Source: Alphaproteobacteria bacterium
Lineage (GTDB): Bacteria; Pseudomonadota; Alphaproteobacteria; MPNO01; UBA830
Direction of reading: 5' to 3'
Length of the DNA stretch: 64,000 bases
Assembly: GCA_964291215.2 (NCBI GenBank)
Contig: OZ219791.1
Coordinates: 868,593-932,592, forward strand
Below the pieces are notes generated by a model. That model worked only from the letters and a program-made list of their open reading frames with translations, was not told where the DNA came from and ran no database searches. Below are positions 33,512 through 43,624 of this stretch, one piece after another. The first letter of the stretch is position 1. Each line of letters opens with the position of its first letter. The position numbers and the translations under genes are program-made.

Positions 33512-34210
33512 ATGCTGCAAATCTGGAAGTTTCTCGGCTTGGCGCTCGCTGTCGCAGCCCCCGCCGCGGCGCATCATGCGGACCGGCAGCAGCTAGCGTC
33601 CGCAGCCGCCGGACTGCAACTTGCCGACGCAAAGGGGCATGCCGCCACTGTGCCGAAGCCGTTGGGCAAGGTCGAAGATCTCGGCGTCGGCAAAGGGGAT
33701 TACACCCTGGGCAACCCGGAGGCGGGGGTTGTGATGGTCGAATACGCCTCGCTGACCTGTCCGCATTGCGCCGTCTTCCACGAAAAGATCATGCCGATGA
33801 TCAAGACGGACTACATCGACGCCGGCAAGATCCGGTACGTGTACCGGGACTTTCCCCTTGACCGCCTGGCCCTGGCCGCGGCGGTGGTTGCGCGCTGCGG
33901 CGGCCGCGACAGGTTCTTCGGCTTCATCGAGACGCTGTACGGGTCGCAGGACCGGTGGGCGCGGGCATCAGACCCGCTGGCCGCGCTCAGGACCCTGGCG
34001 CTGGTCGGTGGCATGTCGAAAGCGGAGTTCGAGGCCTGCATTCGCGAACAGAAGGACATCGACGCGATCCTTGAGGCGCGGTTGGTGGCCGCCAGGAAAT
34101 TCGGCGTCAGCTCGACTCCGACGCTCTTCATCAACGGGAACCGCTACCACGCGGCCGAGACGGTCGACGGGATGAGGGCGCTTCTCGATTCGTTCGTCGT
34201 CAAGCGGTAG
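33512..34210 (+). CDS. DsbA-family thiol:disulfide oxidoreductase
   Basis: It has a signal peptide MLQIWKFLGLALAVAAPAAA and the thioredoxin active site YASLTCPHCAVFH. The C-terminal motif is GVSSTPTLFINGNRY. Confidence 0.88.
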   Translation: MLQIWKFLGLALAVAAPAAAHHADRQQLASAAAGLQLADAKGHAATVPKPLGKVEDLGVGKGDYTLGNPEAGVVMVEYASLTCPHCAVFHEKIMPMIKTDYIDAGKIRYVYRDFPLDRLALAAAVVARCGGRDRFFGFIETLYGSQDRWARASDPLAALRTLALVGGMSKAEFEACIREQKDIDAILEARLVAARKFGVSSTPTLFINGNRYHAAETVDGMRALLDSFVVKR

Positions 34211-34256
34211 GCGGGTGCGGGAACGGCGTCCACACCAGCAGAGGAATTGCTGACAA

Positions 34257-37200
34257 GTGCAGTTCGCGAGAATGCAGTTGACGGGGTTCAAGTCCTTTGT
34301 CGAACCGACCGAATTGGTCTTCGAGAAGGGGCTGACAGGGATTGTCGGTCCCAACGGCTGCGGCAAGTCGAATCTCGTCGAGGCGTTGCGCTGGGCAATG
34401 GGAGAGACCTCGGCCCGGCGGGTTCGCGGCTCGGAGATGGACGACATGATCTTCGCCGGCACCGCCGCCCGGCCTGCGCGCAACCTTGCTGAAGTTGTTC
34501 TCACCCTCGACAATTCGGAACGGCGCGCGCCGGCGCAGTTCAACGATGCCGATGAACTCGACGTAATTCGCCGCATCGAACGCGGCGCGGGTTCCGCCTA
34601 TCGGGTGAACGGGAACGATACGCGGGCGCGCGATGTTCAGACCCTGTTCGCCGATGCCTCGACGGGCGCGCGCTCGACGGCGCTGGTCAGCCAGGGCCGC
34701 ATCGGCAGCCTGATTGCGGCGAAGCCCGCGGAACGGCGCCTTCTCCTCGAGGAGGCGTCGGGGATCACCGGGCTGCATGCCCGGCGGTACGAGGCCGAGC
34801 TCAGGCTGCGCGCGGCCGAAACCAATCTCGAACGGCTGCAGGACGTCATCGGGACCCACGAGGAGCAGCACCGGCAGCTGAAGCGCCAGGCCCGCCAAGC
34901 ATCGCGTTACCGCAATCTGTCGGACCGGATCCGGAAACAGCAGGCTATCCTCCTCCATCTGCAATGGATCGGGGCCCGTTCGGACCAGGAGAAGGCGGCA
35001 GAGGAGTTGGCCCGGGTCGAGGCCTTGGTGGCGAAGTTAACCCAGGCGGTGGCGGCGGCGACAACGGCGCAGTCCGAGGCTGCGGCGGCGATCCCGGATC
35101 TGCGGACACAAGAGGCCGAGATCGCCGCGGTGCTGCGGCATCTGAATTCCGCCGTCGACGCCCTTGATGCGGAGGAACGCCGGATCAAGAACCTTGTCGA
35201 TGAGATCGGCCGGCGGATCGTCCAGATTGACAGCGACACGGCACGCGAACGTGACCGAGCTACGGACGCCGGCAATGCGATTGCGCGGCTCGACCGCGAA
35301 AGAACTTCGATCGAGGCCGACCGGTCCCGCGAAGCCGACGACATCACCGGAGCGAAGACGCGGCTTGACGGCGCCGAGGCGGCGGTGGCCGCCTGCCAGG
35401 AGGAGGTCGACGCGCTGGTGCGCGATCTGGTCGCCCGCGAGACGCGCGAGGCCGAGCTTCGCCGGCAGCTTGATTCGATGGCGGCGCGGCGGCTTCGCCT
35501 CGGTGAGCGACACCGCGACGCCGTCACCGAACGGGAGGCGGCCAAGCAGGCAGCGGAGAGCGCCGCGGAGCTGGAGCAGGCGAGGGCCGCCGCCGAGCGC
35601 GCGCGCCTCGCGCTCGAGGATGCCCGCGCCCGGCTCGCGATGGCGGAGACGGAGACCGCGGCGGCTCGCGCCGAAGAGAACGCGCGGCGCGAGGCGCACC
35701 GCGAGGCCGATTCGGACATGGCCCGGCTACGCGCCGAACGGGAGGCACTGTCCGAGCTGCTAACGGATGGCGACCGCGGTCGCTGGCAGCCGCTGATCGA
35801 CGATCTTGAGGTCGACGCGGGATATGAAGTGGCTCTTGGGACCGCGCTCGGAGACGATCTCAATGCTTCGACAAACGGGCACGCGCCGGTGCACTGGCGC
35901 GAAATTCCGTCCGGCACGGTGCCCCCGGAACTTCCGCCCGGCGTCGAATGCCTTGCTGACCATGTCCGGGGTCCGGCGGTACTCGACCGGAGATTGTCCC
36001 AGGTTGGCATTGTGGGCAGCGCTGGTGCCGAGCTGCATCGCAGGCTGAAGCAAGGCCAGCGTCTGGTGTCGCGCGATGGCGGGCTGTGGCGTTGGGACGG
36101 TTTCGCGATCGTCGCCGGCGCACCCACGGCGGCGGCAAACCGCCTGGCGCAGCGCAATCGCCTCGCCGAGGCGAAGACCCTCCTTGCGGCTGCCGAACGC
36201 CGCGCCGGAGAGTCGCTCGGTGCGCATCGGGAGGCGGCGGCCAACCTCTCCGTTGCCGAAGAAGCCGAACGCGGGTGCCGTAGCGCAATCGAAGCAGCCG
36301 ACCGGGCGTTCCAGGAGGCACGCGATGCGGTGACCGCCGCCGCGGACCGGTCGGCAGACGCGCGTCTGCGCGTCGGCGCACTTGACGAGGCGCTGCAGCG
36401 GATTGCCGCCGATCAGGCCGAACTCGACGAAGAGGAGGCAGGCGTCCGCAGCGAGCTGGCGATTGCGGCCGACGACGGGGAGAAGAAGGATGCAGCGGAA
36501 AGATGCCGGCACGAGCTGACCACGCTGCGGGCCGAGGCCGCTGACGCCCGAAGCGCCAATGATCGGCTCCACCAGGCATCCGAAACCCGCCGGTTCCGCC
36601 TGCAGGCGATCTCGGACGAACGTCTGACCTGGCTTGATCAGGCGGGCAATGCCGAACAACAGCTGGAGCGCCTATCCGAGCGTAGCGGTGTGGAAGCGGC
36701 GGAACTCCGGAAACTCGAGGCCCGCCCTGCAGAAATCGCGGCCGAACGCGCGGCCCTTCTCGAGCGAACCGCAGAGGCGGAACGCGCGCGCGACGAGGCT
36801 GCCGACAGCCTTGCCGCAGCCGAGAGTCGTCTCGACGAGCTCAACAGCGATCTCAGGATGTGCGAAGCCCGCCTGGCGGAAACCAGGGAGGATCGCGTGC
36901 GGCGGGAAGCGGCGGTTGATCACGCAAACCAGTCCCTCGTCACTATCAGCGGGCAATGCGAGGAAAGGATCGGGTGCGGTCCGGGGAACGCGCTGGAACT
37001 CACGGGTCTTGCGGAAGGCGAAGCGCTGCCGTCGCGCGAAGACGCCGAAACAAGACTCGGGCGCCTCGAACAGGAACGGACCAATATCGGGCCGATCAAC
37101 CTGCGGGCGGAACAGGAGGCGCAGGAGCTCGACGACCGGATTCGTGAAATGGAAACCGAACGGGACGATCTCGTGGCCGCCATCGGCAAGCTTCGCCGCG

Positions 37201-37712
37201 GCATCTCGGAGCTCAACCGCGAGGGGCGCGGGCGGTTGCTGGCAGCCTTCGACGATGTCGACCGGAATTTCAGGGAGGTGTTCGTCCGGTTGGTCCCCGG
37301 CGGCCGCGCGCATCTGAAGCTGACCGATTCCGAGGATCCGCTGGAGGCCGGACTCGAGGTCTATGCGAGTCCTCCGGGAAAGAAGCTGCAGACGATGAGC
37401 CTGCTGTCCGGCGGCGAGCAGGCGCTGGCCGCGCTCGCACTGCTGTTCGCCGTGTTCCTTACCAATCCGGCGCCGGTCTGCGTGCTGGACGAGGTCGATG
37501 CGCCGCTCGACGACAGCAACGTCGACCGTTTCTGCATGCTGCTTGAAGATCTGGCCGACCGCCTTGACACGCGGTTCCTCCTCGTTACCCATCACCGGCT
37601 GACCATGGCGCGTATGGATCGGCTCTACGGCGTGACCATGGCCGAACCCGGAGTGTCGCAACTGGTCTCGGTCGACCTGCGAACGGCGGACCGGATACGT
37701 GATGCCGCCTGA
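34257..37712 (+). CDS. smc: Chromosome segregation protein SMC
   Basis: This is an intact 1151-aa ORF with a GTG start. The product begins MQFARMQLTGFKSFV and has the Walker A motif GPNGCGKSN. Long coiled coils follow, then the signature LSGGEQALAALALLFA and Walker B CVLDEVDAPLDD. Confidence 0.95.
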   Translation: MQFARMQLTGFKSFVEPTELVFEKGLTGIVGPNGCGKSNLVEALRWAMGETSARRVRGSEMDDMIFAGTAARPARNLAEVVLTLDNSERRAPAQFNDADELDVIRRIERGAGSAYRVNGNDTRARDVQTLFADASTGARSTALVSQGRIGSLIAAKPAERRLLLEEASGITGLHARRYEAELRLRAAETNLERLQDVIGTHEEQHRQLKRQARQASRYRNLSDRIRKQQAILLHLQWIGARSDQEKAAEELARVEALVAKLTQAVAAATTAQSEAAAAIPDLRTQEAEIAAVLRHLNSAVDALDAEERRIKNLVDEIGRRIVQIDSDTARERDRATDAGNAIARLDRERTSIEADRSREADDITGAKTRLDGAEAAVAACQEEVDALVRDLVARETREAELRRQLDSMAARRLRLGERHRDAVTEREAAKQAAESAAELEQARAAAERARLALEDARARLAMAETETAAARAEENARREAHREADSDMARLRAEREALSELLTDGDRGRWQPLIDDLEVDAGYEVALGTALGDDLNASTNGHAPVHWREIPSGTVPPELPPGVECLADHVRGPAVLDRRLSQVGIVGSAGAELHRRLKQGQRLVSRDGGLWRWDGFAIVAGAPTAAANRLAQRNRLAEAKTLLAAAERRAGESLGAHREAAANLSVAEEAERGCRSAIEAADRAFQEARDAVTAAADRSADARLRVGALDEALQRIAADQAELDEEEAGVRSELAIAADDGEKKDAAERCRHELTTLRAEAADARSANDRLHQASETRRFRLQAISDERLTWLDQAGNAEQQLERLSERSGVEAAELRKLEARPAEIAAERAALLERTAEAERARDEAADSLAAAESRLDELNSDLRMCEARLAETREDRVRREAAVDHANQSLVTISGQCEERIGCGPGNALELTGLAEGEALPSREDAETRLGRLEQERTNIGPINLRAEQEAQELDDRIREMETERDDLVAAIGKLRRGISELNREGRGRLLAAFDDVDRNFREVFVRLVPGGRAHLKLTDSEDPLEAGLEVYASPPGKKLQTMSLLSGGEQALAALALLFAVFLTNPAPVCVLDEVDAPLDDSNVDRFCMLLEDLADRLDTRFLLVTHHRLTMARMDRLYGVTMAEPGVSQLVSVDLRTADRIRDAA

Positions 37713-37906
37713 CAGCGGAACTCCGGCGCGCCGGGAGGGACGCCGCGGAAACTGCGGGCGCACCTTGCGGCCGCTCCCGCGTATCGATGCTGTCCTCGGA
37801 ACCGTCCGCTACCGCGCCGTTTGACACGCGCCGCCCCAGACCCTATCCTGCAGCCTGCTCGCAGGCGGTCATCTGCCTGCGGCGTAGAAACCGCACGTCA
37901 TACCTC

Positions 37907-38245
37907 ATGGTGGAGCAGGAAACACCGGAACCCCAGAGCGATCTGGAGGAACGGTTGCGCCGGTTTCGCCAGCACAGGAGCGTCGACAGCGACCAGCCGG
38001 CCCCGGTCGGCGCGTCCCACGGCGGTCTCGGGCTGGCAATGCGAATCGGCGTTGAACTGGTTGCCTCGCTGATCATCGGCGTCGGTCTCGGCTATCTGCT
38101 GGATGGCTGGCTTGGAACGATGCCGCTGATGTCGTTGCTCGGCTTTTTCTTCGGCGCCGCGGCGGGCATGCTAAACGTCTACCGCACGGCGACGGGACGG
38201 GGCAGCGCCATCGGCTTCGGAAGGCGTCCCGGCGGCGACAGATAG
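37907..38245 (+). CDS. atpI: AtpI/AtpZ-family F0F1 ATP synthase accessory protein
   Basis: The 112-aa product has two hydrophobic helices (LAMRIGVELVASLIIGVGLGYLLD; MSLLGFFFGAAAGMLNVY). It lies directly upstream of atpB. Confidence 0.75.
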   Translation: MVEQETPEPQSDLEERLRRFRQHRSVDSDQPAPVGASHGGLGLAMRIGVELVASLIIGVGLGYLLDGWLGTMPLMSLLGFFFGAAAGMLNVYRTATGRGSAIGFGRRPGGDR

Positions 38246-38259
38246 GAAGGGACGGGTTC

Positions 38260-39006
38260 TTGGCAAGCAAAGGCGGCGCGGGCGGGCACAGCCCGCTCGA
38301 GCAGTTCGAGATCAAGCAACTGATGCCGCTCGATGTCGGCGGCTACGACATCGCGTTCACCAATTCCGCGCTGATGATGGTCATCGCCTGCGCGCTAACC
38401 GTGCTGCTGATGACGCTTGGCGGGCGCAAGTTCCGGCTGGTGCCCGGGCGCTTCCAGGCGCTCGCGGAGATGTGCTACGAATTCTGCGCCAACTTGCTGC
38501 GCGATACGGTCGGCAACGAGGGACGCCGGTACTTTCCGTTCATCTTCACGCTCTTCATGTTCATCCTGTTCGGCAACATGCTGGGGATGATTCCCTACAG
38601 CTTCACCTTCACCAGCCACATCATTGTGACCTTTGTCATGGCCATGGTCGTGTTCGTCGGCGTGACCGTTCTCGGGTTCGTGAAGCACGGCATCCGCTTC
38701 TTCGGCTTCTTCGTGCCGCCCGGGGTTTCGGTGGTGCTGTGGCCGTTGATGATCCCGATCGAGATCATCTCCTACCTGTCCCGCCCGATCAGCCTCGCGG
38801 TGCGGCTGTTCGCGAACATGACGGCCGGGCACACGATGCTGAAGGTGTTTGCCGGATTCGTGCCGGCGCTCGGCGCGGCCGGGATCTTCCCGCTTGCGTT
38901 CGCGACCGCCCTGACCGGACTTGAGGTGCTGATCGCTTTCCTTCAGGCCTACGTGTTCACGGTCCTGACATGCCTCTACATTTCGGACGCGCTGCACCTG
39001 CATTAA
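38260..39006 (+). CDS. atpB: F0F1 ATP synthase subunit a
   Basis: The motifs are SPLEQFEI, LSRPISLAVRLFANMTAGH (with the essential Arg) and LQAYVFTVLTCLY. Confidence 0.95.
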   Translation: MASKGGAGGHSPLEQFEIKQLMPLDVGGYDIAFTNSALMMVIACALTVLLMTLGGRKFRLVPGRFQALAEMCYEFCANLLRDTVGNEGRRYFPFIFTLFMFILFGNMLGMIPYSFTFTSHIIVTFVMAMVVFVGVTVLGFVKHGIRFFGFFVPPGVSVVLWPLMIPIEIISYLSRPISLAVRLFANMTAGHTMLKVFAGFVPALGAAGIFPLAFATALTGLEVLIAFLQAYVFTVLTCLYISDALHLH

Positions 39007-39066
39007 GGCGCAGCGGTCCCGCACCACCGGACAAAATCCCAACATCGCAACAAAGGAAAGACCATC

Positions 39067-39294
39067 ATGGATCCCACAGCAGCAAAACTCATCGGCGCGG
39101 GGCTTGCCGCCATCGGCGTGATCGGCGCTGGCATCGGTATCGGGCAGATCTTCGGCTCGTTCATCTCGGCCGTTGGCCGCAATCCGGCGGCGGCGCCCCA
39201 TGTCACGCAGATGACGTGGATCGGCTTTGCGCTGGTGGAGGCCATTGCCCTCTACGCACTGGTCATCGCCTTCCTCATTCTCTTCGTCTTCTGA
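39067..39294 (+). CDS. atpE: F0F1 ATP synthase subunit c
   Basis: The 75-aa product forms a hairpin. It contains GAGIGIG and the carboxylate-helix motif GFALVEAIALYALVIAF. Confidence 0.95.
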   Translation: MDPTAAKLIGAGLAAIGVIGAGIGIGQIFGSFISAVGRNPAAAPHVTQMTWIGFALVEAIALYALVIAFLILFVF

Positions 39295-39321
39295 CGGAGG
39301 CCGAAGAACCGGGCCCCTGAC

Positions 39322-39816
39322 ATGCCTCAAATCGAACAGATCGGGACCTTCCTGAGTCAGACCTTCTGGCTGGTGGTGACGTTCGGCGTGCTCTACCTGC
39401 TGATGTGGAAGGTCGCGCTGCCGCGGATAACGACGCTGCTGATGGATCGCGAGGAACGCATCGACGAGGACATTCGGAAGGCCGAAGAGGCGGGAACGGA
39501 AGCGGAAAAGGCGAGGGATGCCTATGAGCGGGCCGTGGCCGATGCGGCCGCCAGGGCCCAGGCGGCGATTCGCGAGATCCGCCAGCAACAGGCGGACGAG
39601 AACGCGCGCCGGATGGACGAGTTCGAGGCACGGATCAGGGCGGAGGCCGAAGCCGCGGAGCAGCGGATCGAGGCAGCGCGGACCCAGGCCGCCGCCGACA
39701 TACGTGAGGTGGCTACGGAGGTTGCGCAGGCAGCGACTTCGAGGCTGATCGCCGTCGACATCGCTGCCGAGGACGCCGATGCGGCTGTCTTTGCGGTGAT
39801 GGAGGAACGGGCGTGA
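39322..39816 (+). CDS. atpF2: F0F1 ATP synthase subunit b'
   Basis: It has an N-terminal TM helix (FWLVVTFGVLYLLMWKVALPRI) followed by a long charged helix. It is the first of two tandem b-type genes. Confidence 0.88.
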   Translation: MPQIEQIGTFLSQTFWLVVTFGVLYLLMWKVALPRITTLLMDREERIDEDIRKAEEAGTEAEKARDAYERAVADAAARAQAAIREIRQQQADENARRMDEFEARIRAEAEAAEQRIEAARTQAAADIREVATEVAQAATSRLIAVDIAAEDADAAVFAVMEERA

Positions 39817-40301
39817 TGGACCTGCAAGATCCGACATTTTGGGTTGCCGTCGGGTTCGTGATCTTCGTCGCGGGCGTCTACCGGCCAGGCAAGAAGGCAC
39901 TTCTCGGCATCCTCGACGCGCGCATCGAGGCGATCCGCGGCAACCTTGAGGAAGCGTCCGAGCTGCGCCGTCTGGCCGAGCAGGAGCTTGCCGAATACCA
40001 GCGCAAGCAGCGCGAGGCGAAAAAGAACGCGGAAGACCATGTCGCGCAGGCCCGCGGCGAGGCGGAACGCCAGGCCGGCGAGGAGCAGCAGAAGTTCGAG
40101 GCTGTCATGGAGCGCCGGGAGCAGGCCGCCATGGAAAAGATCGCGCAGGCCGAGGCAGAAGCGCTGCGCGAGGTTCGCGCCGTCTCGATCGAGACCGCGA
40201 TGGCCGCCACCCGCCGTCTGATCACCGGGCGCATGGACTTGGAACGGCAGGGCGAACTGGTCGATTCCGCCGTCCGCGAACTGCCGGGCCGGTTCCACTG
40301 A
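39813..40301 (+). CDS. atpF: F0F1 ATP synthase subunit b
   Basis: It has a TM helix (FWVAVGFVIFVAGVY) followed by a charged helix. A 4-nt overlap (GTGATG) links it to the preceding gene. Confidence 0.88.
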   Translation: MMDLQDPTFWVAVGFVIFVAGVYRPGKKALLGILDARIEAIRGNLEEASELRRLAEQELAEYQRKQREAKKNAEDHVAQARGEAERQAGEEQQKFEAVMERREQAAMEKIAQAEAEALREVRAVSIETAMAATRRLITGRMDLERQGELVDSAVRELPGRFH

Positions 40302-40356
40302 ACCGCGGCGCGGCCCGCGCTCGTTCCCCGACTTCCTGTCGCGGAGAACTGCCAGT

Positions 40357-40425
40357 CACATAACTAGCTAATATATAAAGGTTATTCTATTTTTCGATCT
40401 GTTCCGTGATCAAAATGAAAGCGGT
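40357..40425. other. AT-rich junction marking the start of the accessory island
   Basis: The stretch CATAACTAGCTAATATATAAAGGTTATTCTATTTTTCGATCTGTTCCGTGATCAAAATGAAAG is roughly one-third GC within a ~65% GC context. It lies directly between the atpF 3' end and the mobile-element fragments. Confidence 0.6.
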
Positions 40426-40508
40426 TTCGATAGTAGCGTAGCGACGCAGAGCGCATCCGATTCGTGATAACTGTTCCGTCGGGCCGTGACGGGTCTGATC
40501 GACCCATT

Positions 40509-40866
40509 TTAGCGATTGAGGGTTCGCTGCCAGTCTTTTCGCAGGGTGCGGAGCCAGATGTCCTTTTTCGGCTGGTCTCGTTTGTTGTGCCTATCGTAGC
40601 GTCCCCGGCCCTGGGTTGTGCCGACGCGGGTCCAGCCGGAAGCCTTGTAGACGGCGCCGGTGTATCTCGGGGTCGCGACGAAGGTCTCGATCAGCACCGG
40701 CGTGATGTTGTAGCGCTTGGTCCAGTCGGTGGGCAGGCGGCGGCGGACGATGGCGAGGATGTGGGAGCCGAGGTTGGGGATCTTGATCCAGGGCAGGATC
40801 AGGAAGCGCGGGTTGTCGACGACGAGCGGCAGGTTCTTCTCGCGCACCCAAGAGACCAGCAGCCGG
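40509..40866 (-). pseudogene. DUF4338 (DruA-like domain) protein, C-terminal fragment
   Basis: The frame gives LVSWVREKNLPLVVDNPRFLILPWIKIPNLGSHILAIVRRRLPTDWTKRYNITPVLIETFVATPRYTGAVYKASGWTRVGTTQGRGRYDRH..KDIWLRTLRKDW. The N-terminal half is missing. An abrupt junction with an oppositely oriented integrase fragment lies near 40866. Confidence 0.65.
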
Positions 40867-40869
40867 ATC

Positions 40870-41030
40870 GTCCGCAAAGACATCCTGTCCGCCTTCGACA
40901 ATCTGACCGTAGACTCCATCACGGCCGAACGGGTTCGGGACTGGTTCGCCGTCATGAGCGGCCGGCCCGGCGTTGCCAACCGCGCCATGCCGGTGCTGTC
41001 CATGATGATGCGCATGGCCGATGTGATTGT
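40870..41030 (+). pseudogene. Tyrosine recombinase (phage-type integrase), short N-terminal fragment
   Basis: The frame gives KDILSAFDNLTVDSITAERVRDWFAVMSGRPGVANRAMPVLSMMMRMAD. This matches the SAM-like N-domain pattern (..ANRALPVLSVMM..) of integrases. No catalytic domain follows. Confidence 0.5.
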
Positions 41031-41079
41031 CGTTTCGGGCGTCCGGCTTCCATGAGCGGCGAGGAGGGAGGACATCGTC

Positions 41080-43363
41080 GGCGGGCAACGGTCAGGCGGT
41101 GCTGTCGTGGACCGCCCCGAACAATGCGAGCATCACCGGCTACAAGCTGCGCCACGGCAAGACGACCGAGAGGGGCAGCGCGGCGTGGACCGCGATTCCG
41201 GGTTCGGGCGCGGCCACGGTGACCCACACGGTGACGGGGCTGGACAACGATGCCGAATACAGCTTCAAGCTGCGCGCGGTGAACGCCGCGGGCGACGGCG
41301 CCGCCACCGACTGGAAGACGGCGACGCCCTCGGCGACGACAGCGAAGCCGGCGAAGCCGGTCCTCACGGCGGCGGCGGGCGACGGCTCGGTCGCCCTGAG
41401 CTGGGGCGCGCAGGCGAATATCTCAACCTGGGGCTACCAGTATAAGAGCGGGGCCGGCAGTTGGGGCGCGACCCGGACGGTTTCGGACGGGGGTGCGACG
41501 AGCGCCACGGTGACGGGGCTGACGAACGGGACGGCCTACACGTTCCGGCTGTTCGCCCGGCGCGGCAGCGGGGTCTCGGCCGTTCAGTCGGTGTGGTCGG
41601 ACGAGGTGACGGCGACGCCGGTGGATGTCGTGGTTTCGAAGTCGGCGCTGACGATGGCGGAAGGAGCGAGCGGGACCTACACGGTGAATCTGAGCACGGC
41701 GCCGTCGTCGGCTGTGACGGTGACGGTGAGCGCGGCCCGTGACGAGGACACGGTGGACGACAGCGCGACCCTGACGCATGCGGCTTCGAGCAGCGATCTG
41801 GACTACGGGGCGTCGCTGGAGATCGATGACGTCGCGGTGACGGTGACGGACACGACGCTGTTGCCGGTGCTGACGCTGGCGCGGGACCCTGCGGCGGTGA
41901 CCGAGGGCGACGACATCCGCCTCGCGGTGACCGCCGACCGGGCGCTGACGGGCAGCCTGACGGTGCGCCTGACGCTGTCGGCGCGCAATGCCAGCGGCTT
42001 CGATGCCGGTGACGTTCCGGGCGGTCTGGGGCCGCGTTCGTTCGATGCGGTGTTCGGCCGCCGCGGCGCGGACCACGGGGGTGGTGATCATCCCGACGGC
42101 GGCGGATGCGGATGTTGAAGGCGCGGAAGCCTACCGCATCACGCTGAACGATGGTCCGGACTACGCGGTGGGGGGCACGCCACGGCCTCGGGCGTGCTGC
42201 GCGACCGGGCGGCGGGGGCGAACCGGGTGAATGCGGCGGTGTTGCCGCATGTGGCGGCGGCGATGTCGCAGACGCTGGGGGCGGTGACGGGGCGCATCGA
42301 GGCGGCAGGCAGGCCGGGCAGCTCGCTGCGGTTCGGCGCCCTGCCGTCGTCGCCAGTCGGCAGGCCGCCGCGCCCGGAGGAGCCGACCTTGGCGGAAGTT
42401 CTGGACGGTGCGTCCTTCACGCTGGCGGCGGGCGCCGGGGAGGATGGAGCGTCCGCGCTGCCGTTGGCGGTGTGGGGCCGGGGCGAGTGGTTGTCGCTGT
42501 CGGGTTCGGAGAAAGATGTCACTTGGGACGGCGGTCTGTGGTCGGCGCAGCTGGGGGCGGATCTGCGGGTGCGCCCGGACCTGCTGGCCGGGGCGGCGCT
42601 CTCCCATGCGCGGGGCGAGCCGGACACGGAGGCGGCCGGCGGCCGGGTGAAGGGCGTGCACGAGACCACGATCACGTCGGTGCATCCCTATGCGGCGTGG
42701 CTGCTGCCGGACGGCTCGACCCTGTGGGCGAGTTTCGGCTACGGGACCGGCGAGGTGCGGATCACCGAGGAGGACGCGCTGGCGCGCAGCGCCGGGCTGA
42801 CGCATTGGAGCGTGTCTGCGGGCGGCCGCAGCGTCCTGGCCGAGGATGCGGACCTCGGCGGGATGACGCGCCTTGCGGTGAAGGGCGAGGGTTCGGCGGC
42901 GCGCCTGCGCACGGAGGCCGATGACGGTCTGGAGGGGCTGACGGCGGAGCTGCGTACGCGGCTCCTGGCGGCGCATGAGGCGGACCGCGACGAATGGGGA
43001 GTGAGCGCGCTTGTGCGCCTCGACCCCGGGGCGGACGGACGCGGGATGTTCCTCGCCTTCGGTCCCGCGCACGGGCGCACGGAGAGCGGCTTGGGGCAGT
43101 GGTTCGACCTGCCCGCGGCCGCATCCGGCGCGGCGGAGAGCCGCCTGGAGGCCGAGGTGGGGCACGGGTTCGGTCTTGCCGGTCCGGGGCCGCTGGCGGT
43201 GCTGACGCCCTGGGCGGGCTTGAGCCTGGCGGAGACGGGTGGACGCACGCTGCGGCTCGGTGCACGCTACCGCATGGGCGCGGGGCTCTCCCTCGGCCTC
43301 GAGGGCGCGCACCGGCCCGGCCCCGAAGACAGCCTCATGCTGCGCGGCGCGCTGCGATGGTAG
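41080..43363 (+). pseudogene. Truncated, frameshifted paralog of the Fn3/Calx-beta autotransporter-type surface protein
   Basis: It starts inside an Fn3 domain (VLSWTAPNNASITGYKLRHGK..TVTGLDNDAEYSFKLRAVNAAGDG) with no signal peptide. Frame changes lie near 42060 and 42175. The beta-barrel region ends ..SLMLRGALRW but lacks 60 aa relative to the copy at 53358-58319. Confidence 0.8.
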
Positions 43364-43624
43364 GAGAACGCCAGGCGGTGGCGCAGTGGGGCGGCGCTTC
43401 ATCCGGACGAGCCTGCCGCAAGCAAAGGAGCGGACCGGTCGCGACGGGCGTCGCGCGTGGAGATCGTCATGCGCAAGCGTTCCGCCAGACCCGTGGAGCA
43501 AGCTCCGGAACAAACCCTGCAAGGACGTCTGGCCCCTCGGAAGGGATTGGCGGCGCGCCCTCAAGCGATAGGATCCAGGCGACCGGACATGCGTGCAACC
43601 GTGCGCAAGCGATGCCGGGAAGGC

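Noticed and set aside
34907-37763. Several 220-445-aa minus-strand ORFs inside smc
   Set aside because: They are antisense to an uninterrupted 1151-aa SMC ORF with Walker A, signature and Walker B motifs. Their products are Ser/Ala/Arg low-complexity sequence.
38395-39900. A 501-aa minus-strand ORF across the atp operon
   Set aside because: It is antisense to atpB, atpE and atpF', which have unmistakable motifs. Its composition is Arg/Pro/Gly-rich and non-protein-like.
40302-40330. A possible rho-independent terminator after atpF (GCGCGGCCCGCGC)
   Set aside because: The stem would close on a 1-nt loop and no T-run follows, so it is not a credible hairpin terminator.
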